A stretch of DNA of 57,490 nt, counting the filler, from Sphacelaria rigidula (lineage: Eukaryota), in the NCBI GenBank assembly GCA_964200075.2. It is 8 parts of 8 records of this genome, joined end to end, with 100 filler letters (N's around TTAATTAATTAA, not from the genome) between each part and the next. Parts side by side here need not be neighbours in the genome. Positions count along the whole stretch, not along the records: positions 43,195 to 50,292 come from CAXNAA020016493.1; positions 50,393 to 57,490 come from CAXNAA020016494.1; 6 more parts are not named here. The stretch is one strand, 5' to 3'. The notes under the pieces are model-generated. The model ran no database searches. It was not told the origin of the DNA and saw nothing but the letters and a program-made list of their open reading frames with translations. The first letter of the stretch is position 1. The number at the start of each line of letters is the position of its first letter. Position numbers and translations under genes: made by a program. Positions 49,327 to 57,490 of this stretch are shown piece after piece.

Positions 49327-49518
49327 CTATTTCGGCAAGTCTTTAAACCCGACATCATGGCAGGAGTACAGCGATGACCCCGACGGGGGGGGGGGGGGGG
49401 GGGGGGGGGGGGGAGGGGTTTCATGTTCTTTTGGGGGTGGGGAAAATTCCGATAATTTCCCTAAAGAAAAGCGTTTTTNNNNNNNNNNGGTTAGGGGGGC
49501 GGGCGGGGGCGGGGGGGG

Positions 49519-49554
<36 letters not shown>

Positions 49555-52500
49555 AGGGAGGGGAAGCGTTTCATGATCCTTTGGGTGCTGCGAAAATTCC
49601 GATAATTTCACTACAGAAAAGCGTTTGTACATTGACATCAAAATATCGTACGAGCCACCTGGTCATTTTGGAAATATTGACTCAAAATTATGTGATGATG
49701 ACCAACTTGCAGTCAATGAGAGGGTTCAAGACCAGACTAATTTTCCAAGCGGATCGAACGTGACATCTCGGAACAGTTTCGAGTACAACAAGATGTTGCG
49801 GGGTATTTATTTTGCTGTGATCTGTCGGTTACGAATATTTCCCCCCCGTTTCTGGGTGTAATGGACAGTACAATATCTGATACAAATGAAGCTCTGCACC
49901 GCAGGCTACTGACATGACCACACAGGTGATCATCAAACTACTGAATGCGTGTATGACGGACTTACAACACTAATGTCAGAAATTGTGTCGCAGGACATAA
50001 TTATCACAAGAGAGTGGTTAAGAGATATTGAACTTCAAGGCTATCATTACCCTTGTGTGTGCGGCAACAAGTTCATCATCATACATATTATATGTTTATG
50101 GTTACATACTGATATTTTTAGATGCTGCGCAGTAAGAATGTTCGCCAGACATCATCAACCTGCAAACATGTAGAGTCATATATATATAATATATATATAT
50201 ATATGACTAATGCTACGATACCCCCCCCCCCCCCCCCCCCCCCCCACCGGCGCCACACCCGCACCGAAGAAAAAGAAAACACAGAGAGCGCGNNNNNNNN
50301 NNNNNNNNNNNNNNNNNNNNNNNNNNNNNNNNNNNNTTAATTAATTAANNNNNNNNNNNNNNNNNNNNNNNNNNNNNNNNNNNNNNNNNNNNATTTGGAT
50401 GACAGCTAACAATGAGTTGTTTTGTTTTCTGGTATCGCCACTTCCAGAGACAGCCACAGCTCATACACTGCCTCACGGGTGCCTCACCATTTAAACACTA
50501 CGCGGTACGATCATCCCTATTGTGCGGAGTTGAGGGTCATCACAAGGGGGGGGGATATATGACAATTCCGAGTGACAATGTTTTTGTTGTCAAAATCTCA
50601 CCACGGGGATTGAAATTCATAGGGGGGAGGGGGTACATCGCGTGCTTTACGGTGATATTCGCTACCTGTGTTCTAAGCACGCGTATTCTGCGATGTATGT
50701 GGAAACAAGGCACAAGATATCAAGTTTTAACGTTCTAATTGGTAGGCACAGGACAAACCGCCGAAGGTAGTACGCGCGAGATTGCGTAGATGTTATCCTT
50801 ACATGAGTCAGCCTTTGTTATGGCCGGGAGAAGTACCCCTGCGCCGTGTACAGCACAGGCTGTTGATACCCAATATTTCATCGCCCGTTCACAAAGCCTT
50901 CGCCGATTTTCTACAAACACTTGGCATTTACCGTCAGCTTGAGAGTATCTTATTTTACGATAGTACAAACGGGATCGCATGCTGTCAGCAGTTCCCTGGG
51001 TATTTCCGAACCTGGGATGGGGTAACTTGCAACATGTCTTTTCAGGAGAAGTTGGACACTGCACATGTACGGTACACACACCCGAAGCACACAAGCACAC
51101 CTGAGATTTTCTTCTTCTGCAGTCTTCTTATTGTTAGTCTTACGGATGTGTATCATGCCCGCTTTCTTGTGAATGGTGCAGTAGACTGGACGCCCTCCGT
51201 TAATTCCGTAACGAGGCCGAGTGTCGCACCTGATATCATGTACGAGCAGTCGAAATTATAATTATCATCTTAGGTTGATCGGCAATTCTGCTAGGCTGGC
51301 CTTGCCAAAGTGCCTGATTTTGTATGAACCACAGAACCAGCTCTGGCAACGAAAAGTTTCAAAGAGTTATATTTTCGCGCAGCGGTGGTAAACACCCATA
51401 AGGCACTCTTTCTCCGCCGTTATCTCGACAGTATTTGAATCACGTAATTCAGCTTGGCAAGATCCCGATGCATATTGGCAAGAGAACCAACGTCTAAGCT
51501 GTCACCCCCCCACAGCATGCAAAACAACGGGTAATTTGAGTGACCATGAAAACAGCCACAACATGCGATAGCACGAAAAGTGAGTAGCTAAATAGCACAC
51601 AGGTGTCATGTCGAGAAAGAGGAAGATCCGCACACGGGATGATGCTACGGTTCTGGTGTGGAGTTACCTACTCGTATACGGCACGGGTAAAACAAAAGCT
51701 CCTTGGTGCAAAAATATCGGACACCACCACACCGAGCTTCAGGCAAAATATTATTTCCAAGCATCATTCACGGATATTGTCGCGCACCACGCGTCAACGC
51801 CGTCTGGAAGTATGCGTTCCAACGCCGAACATGCCAAGGTAAGCTGCCACGTGTCGTGCACTGTAGTGTACAGGGTATTAATACACCCATCTTCAGATAC
51901 CACCCCCTTCCTTTTTACAACACCCAGTGTTATTTTTCTGGCAATTGTCAAAAAAACATAAACCCGGCAACCATCATCACTCCCGCCCCGTAAACCAACA
52001 ATGTTGTATAGTTTGAGGTGAACAAAACGCTATTTTTGCGGGGGGCGATGTATCCTGTGACCGTCGGGAGCAATGCCGCTCTTTGCTCACCCGGGGTACA
52101 AGCACGGTATATCTGATAGGGCGCTCATGCCTGATTCCTTGTGGTAATTGCAGAATGATGGCCGCTTCTTGCCTGCAAAAAGAAGTGCCGAGTAAGATTT
52201 CATACACAAAAAAACGAGCGAAGGGGCGACGTGAGGAAAGTTCCAATGGGTGGCCAAATGCCCATCTACAGTACTTCCAAAGTAAACTGGAAATTCAGTT
52301 TCAAGCAGCCATGACAAACAAAACTGCATGTGTTTCGTTTTATTAATTCAAAGCTCGACCGGAGCAGCACATTGAAAGGTGCTACTATGGTTCCGCCATG
52401 TCGACGAAAAACGTGTGGACATCAGTACAAGTACACCAACGTTTGTGTTCGTGAGCTCTGTACCACCGCTGCCCCTACAGTCACACCTGGATGTTAACAT

Positions 52501-52950
52501 GTGCTTGCGTGTTAATTCCGCTCGCTAACAGTCCGTGGCGTTGAACACGGTCGTTGATCACGCACGCTCGGCATTGCCTCGACTAAAACGTTCGCATGCA
52601 CACGTCTGCGAAGACAGCACCTTGATAGATCGTCGCACATTTACTGATCACCCAGGGATACAGGCAGTGGGTTCGGAAAAGTAAATACCTGACCAGAGAG
52701 TCAGACTGGCGTACCTCAAAACACAAATGTGGCACAAAGCGACTCCCATCTCATGTATTTTTCCCGGTTCATTGTCGATTTTGAACTCGGGCTCCAACAA
52801 GGCACACGCGCCCTACACAGTCATGTTTTCGAGAAGAGTCGTTCTTCGACATGACGTCCGGAAACTGTGAGTGTAGTATCAACACCAGCCACGTACGTCA
52901 CAGGGTGCAAAACCTCCTAGGTTTCACATAACCCAGATGCATTTATGTCT

Positions 52951-53121
52951 CCACATCCACGTAATAACTATTGGGAATTATGGGGACTTCCTTTATTTGA
53001 TATTCAAGATCCAGCGGCTTTAATGTATGAACTTAATGAATGTCGTCGATTAAATCCTGAAGGATACATCAAAATCAATGCTTTTGATGCTAGCATTGGT
53101 ACAGAAAGTTGTGCATTATCA
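52951..53121 (+). pseudogene. rbcS: Nuclear plastid DNA insertion (NUPT): internal 57-codon fragment of red-type (form ID) Rubisco small subunit
   Basis: PHPRNNYWELWGLPLFDIQDPAALMYELNECRRLNPEGYIKINAFDASIGTESCALS with AT-rich plastid-style codons; lacks the N-terminal ~40 and C-terminal ~40 residues. Confidence 0.93.
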
Positions 53122-53193
53122 AATGCTGAATACTTATTTGGATAATTCATATTTTGATTATAAGTACCGACAACTTGAAATTAAATATGATAA

Positions 53194-53233
53194 AAATAAT
53201 CCTAAATTTGTATGTATAAATTTAGGATTATTT
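53194..53233. terminator. Organelle-style 16-bp stem-loop within a second AT-rich insert (53122-~53270)
   Basis: AAATAATCCTAAATTT-GTATGTAT-AAATTTAGGATTATTT is a perfect inverted repeat ~50 bp after a TAA. Confidence 0.6.
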
Positions 53234-56200
53234 AGAAGGTTTTCTTTAATAACTAATAATTTTTTTAAGTGTCACAGATGAGAAAACTCGAGACAAAAAA
53301 ATGCTGCTAATGTCGCGAAAGTAAACAATGATCTTATCCAGTCGGAAGTCTCGTTCAATGCACCAGAGATGAGCGAAAGCTAGTTATCACATGGACGTAG
53401 ATGGGCCTAACGGGTCGAAATAAACAAGTATGAGCTCATGACGGACGGTTTGGTCTCTAACCTTAGCCTGGGTCTAAATCGTGCGTGCGTGATGGCTATG
53501 CGGGTGTAGACCTAAACGGCTCACCACACTACCCCACTGACGTTGCAAGGTGAGACAACTGCTGGAACAACTCGGGCAGACGAAATTTGCTTGTCGGAAC
53601 CCCTAAAACAGCCTCGATGCGTGCTGGTTGTATCGTAATGCCCCGTCCATTCCACGCAGTGGACGCTTCCGGCAGTGATTTAGCTTCCGGTCGATCGTGC
53701 GTCGCCCGGCACTTAGAGGTACAATATCTGCGGCTTAATCGTGCTCCTCGCTTGATCTCGAGCACAACGGAACGCCATATAGAACGCGATAGCGTAAAGT
53801 AGTTCAAGGGCGATATATATGTCCCAAGTTGAAAGTCTCACTGGGTGGAACACACCAATAGCTGAAAAAATCGAGCGATCATTACGTGACGGGTTTCGTG
53901 GCGTGCTTACATGGAAGTTCGAGTCTTCGTTCCTTGTTTGTCATCAACGATGAGAAGGAAACACTCGGCATTCACAGCTCGAAGATGGAAACACTCGCCG
54001 GAAGAAAAAAAGGTGAAGCTGACTTCGGTATAGCCCGGGATTCGCAAGACTTCGGGAAACGCTACCTCGAACGCGTTGGATACCGCATACGAAACGAACC
54101 CGCTTCATTTTCTGCACCATACTCCCAAAAATACTTGACTTTGTGCCGGTGTTGTGTATCGAAACATTCAAGTACACACAAAGGAACACGCGGATCGGAC
54201 TTCCCTTGCCCAGACACAGCACCTCGAAACGTTTATGCACAACTTTTTCTCTGCTCTCAGCAGCCAATCATGATCATTGGGCGGGGGAAATACAGCCAAA
54301 GCCTAAAAACGGTCGGGTCTTGTTACCATACATGCAATAACGGATGAAAATGAGGAACATTCCCTGGACAAGGGGGCTCACCTCGGATTGAACCGGCGCT
54401 TGGTTTCTTCCTGCAGCCACGAACCTGGCATCGTTTTTGGGTGACCTCTGCGAGCGAGTTGTTCATGTCGGATAGGCGAGTACGGGCAAGATCAAGCGAA
54501 GTCTCAGATAAAACATGCAGATACTGCAAACTGTTGACGTCAAGCTCGTGCAACGGTGCAGGCCTAATCTTGGCATTAGTCCGGGACTTCCTCGAATTGT
54601 CGTGCTTCGTGTTTCTTGTGCTGTGTTGTATCCTGCGGGGTGGTACCGTGTTGTGCGGTGTCTCTTGTGATGTGATGTGCCCGACTGGCATGGTCGGGTA
54701 CTGCAGAACCGTACACTAGAGAGGAGCAGAAGGGAGAGGATAATCTCCCGATCCCCCCAAAGGCAACGGCGCCAGTGACGCCCCAACCTCGTGTCGTGAA
54801 ATATATTTCATCAGGATGTATGTGGGAGGTATTGTGGCAGTGCAGGGTCTTCCCGGTAAAGAAAGTCGAGATTGCAGCGAACTGACACCGGGGGAAGGTA
54901 TCCATACTCACTTGCGGTATGCGATTTGTGTAGAAAACGTTACACATTTGTTGTTGCAGATATGTGAGGGCAATAGCTGGACCGTTTCCTGGACCACTTT
55001 ACACAAGTGACGGCGAAGCGAGAGCATTTTCCTCCCGTAATGAGGGCAATCGCTGATCGTTATCACAAAAGCCCTACAGCGGTCATTGCAAAAACTGACA
55101 TTTGTCAAGCCTGAAAAAGCACAGCGGAGACGAGCAGTATCTTCTACACAAAATGTGCAGTGGTTGTGTCGCTTGATGGCCAGCCCCCGATCCGATTGCA
55201 GGATTAGTGCAGCAAACTTCCAAATACGACAATGGCATATAGCACAGCCAATTCTAGTGGAACGGCTGCTAACTCGGACTGGTACGGTGCGAATATCACC
55301 ACTTCCTGCTACGGAATATTGTCAAAAATTGCTTGTGGCAGCGGCCGAGCACGGCAAAACTCCAACAAAGGATCAACAGGCCTACCATGAAGGATCGTCA
55401 CCGTTTTCGAAGGCCCCGTTAATTCTCCGCATATCTCGAGGGGGCTCGATGCTTCCACTATCTCAACACGAGAAGAATATTATCAATCGCTCTATGATTA
55501 CATTGACACACAAGCGACCAACCGGTTTCGATCGTCGTCATGTGGAATTCCTATACCGGTGTACCCCCACTAGCGGCCTTTGAGGATCGTGCGCCTCGTC
55601 CAATAGTAAAATCACTTCGATTAACCGAACACTCACTCGCTGGTTTTTTGCTGTCCACATACGCCCTGTGCGACTTCCCCCCAGGTTCAGGAGGTACACC
55701 CACAGAGGATGGTGGTGGGCTGTGATTTCGGATGCCACCATCAGCCACAGGTGCTGTCGTGACGGCTTCAGCTACAGGTGCAGCGGTAGGCGCAGAGCCT
55801 TCCTTGGTTGTCTGGCGTAGACGGCCTGAATGGTGAGGTGTTCAAGGATAAGGTTGTTGTAGATGAAATTAAAAACCGTAAAGTGAAGAACTGCACTGTG
55901 CATATCGTGCAGAGGGGGGTTACAGAGTGCCCAGTTGGGGGGCGCGTGGTCAAGCGGACTGTACATGGCATTCCCAAGGAACGTCAAAACCCTAAGAATC
56001 GAATTAGAGAGGGAGGGGGCGATGAAAAATAGGCATAGTGGTGTAGTCGCAGTGAAAACCAGCAGGGAGGAGCATTAGCTGGCGCAAATGTGGCGTCTGC
56101 ATGGCTGAGACCAACACCTACAAAGGAGAATGAAATTATAGGGTAGGGATGCAGTGGGACTACGTAACGTGACCACAACTTCTTCAAACATCTAAACGAT

Positions 56201-57490
56201 TCAGACTTGCCACGTTTTGGACTCTCACATACAAGTATTCCGTATGATAGTACTACCGTGTGCACCCCAAGGAGGTGCGCGTCATTTGTTCGTTGCACAA
56301 ACGCTGCCATACAAATACGACTAGAATCGAGCGGACTTCCAGCATCCCAAATGCCCACGACTAGTTTCGAGGAATGTTTTTGTCCCTCACCATCTTGAGT
56401 TGACATCAACAACTCTCCTTTGCGAGTGGTGAACATGCCAGCCTTCTTGTGATCCTTGCACAGTGTTGCCGGTCCGTGCTTAGGGCCATACTTGGGAAGA
56501 CGGTAGCATCCCTTGAACTGCCACCGTTGAAAGAAACACGCCGCGCGATTCCGTTAGGACAACAAGGAGAAAAAATATGTTGGTTTGTGCTGAGGCCCAA
56601 GCTCTACGCAAGAAACATGCTTGTCTTCAACTTTTTTCATAGCGACATATATCTTAGTGCGTGCAGGTCACGGTATACCGGAGTGCACCCGACGTTAGGA
56701 ACCTTAAAACACTGCATATTTTCGCCACGCAGTTCGCTCGCCTCATGCGATGATGTGCGATTTGAACTTCACGTACGTTCGTGACAGCGGGATCAGCATT
56801 TTTTCCTTTCGGCTAGCTGTCGACCCTTGTAGGAAGTCTTCACTTCGACATTCGCGCGGTGTTGACGACCGTCTGTGTGGGGACGTGCTTTGACACGCAG
56901 CATGTGTGCCCCGTGCTGCGGGGCAACGTACGTATTTTCGGTAGCAGGAGGTACGACAGCTGGAGCTTGAATAGCGGGCGCTATGTGTCCAAAATATGTG
57001 TCTTTCTCAGCATTTGGTGATATACACCACTTCCATGAAATGAAGTACGCCGCTTATAGCGCGCTGGCGTCGATGGAGACAATTAATTGCCACCAGCGTG
57101 TGCGTCCACACTCTACCGCATAGATTTTCACTGTGAACATGTCGCCCAAATCATACACAAGACACGTGAAACAAGGTGGCAAAGGATCGTATATCCGCCA
57201 AGCTTATCCTCTCCCTTCTTTTTCCCGTGCTTTTCGGCCTTCCTTTGAACCTCAGTACGACTCCGTAGTCTCGAATGATCGACCCACCCCTCCGTTGGCA
57301 CTTGCCACATGCTCTTCATTGGCGACGCCACCCCCACTGCCTATTGCGTGCTCCGTCTCGAAAGGGATGCGGGGTCAATGGTCAAACGACCAAGGCAAGC
57401 AACAGATAAGTACGCCCCCACCGCCCCCCCCCCCCCCATTCCTAACGTCGGCCAACCCACCCTCACTCCCCCAACGCCTCTGTGTTTTTT

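Noticed and set aside
49385..49625. Tandem duplication around a 10-N gap after poly-G (similarly 20462-20665)
   Set aside because: The first copy is an error-laden echo of the second following a G homopolymer, consistent with a sequencing/scaffolding artefact.
52945..53145. Functional nuclear-encoded Rubisco small subunit
   Set aside because: Only ~40% of RbcS is present, with no signal/transit peptide, unadapted plastid codon usage and a chimeric C-terminus.
53886..54347. FSAPYS resembling the integrase xAPYxPxQNG motif
   Set aside because: The following QNGxxER residues and the upstream DDE context are absent.

Overview
This window is not one locus. It is eight unrelated draft-assembly scaffolds (1-7100, 7201-14299, 14400-21498, 21599-28697, 28798-35896, 35997-43094, 43195-50292, 50393-57490; 7100, 4x7099 and 3x7098 bp, i.e. 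length-sorted) joined by an artificial N44-TTAATTAATTAA-N44 linker, so no neighbourhood across linkers is meaningful. The DNA is an intron-rich eukaryotic nuclear genome, most likely a brown alga (inferred from a red-type plastid rbcS insertion and the gene style). Recognisable partial genes are the 3' end of UDP-sugar pyrophosphorylase (3 exons), six internal exons of a GT48 1,3-beta-glucan synthase (including a GC-AG intron), the 3' five exons of the histone chaperone HIRA, and the 3' four exons of an unidentified low-complexity protein. The rest is dominated by non-autonomous mobile DNA: foldback/MITE elements, tRNA-headed SINEs and several retroposon 3'-end families. I found no intact novel multi-gene system. 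The most unusual signals are (i) a short, structured, poly(C)-tailed interspersed element present six times, (ii) a hairpin-bearing 42-44 bp satellite array with higher-order structure, and (iii) a mosaic plastid insertion that places an rbcS fragment in a new ATG-to-stop nuclear ORF. All family assignments come from recalled motifs; no database search was run.
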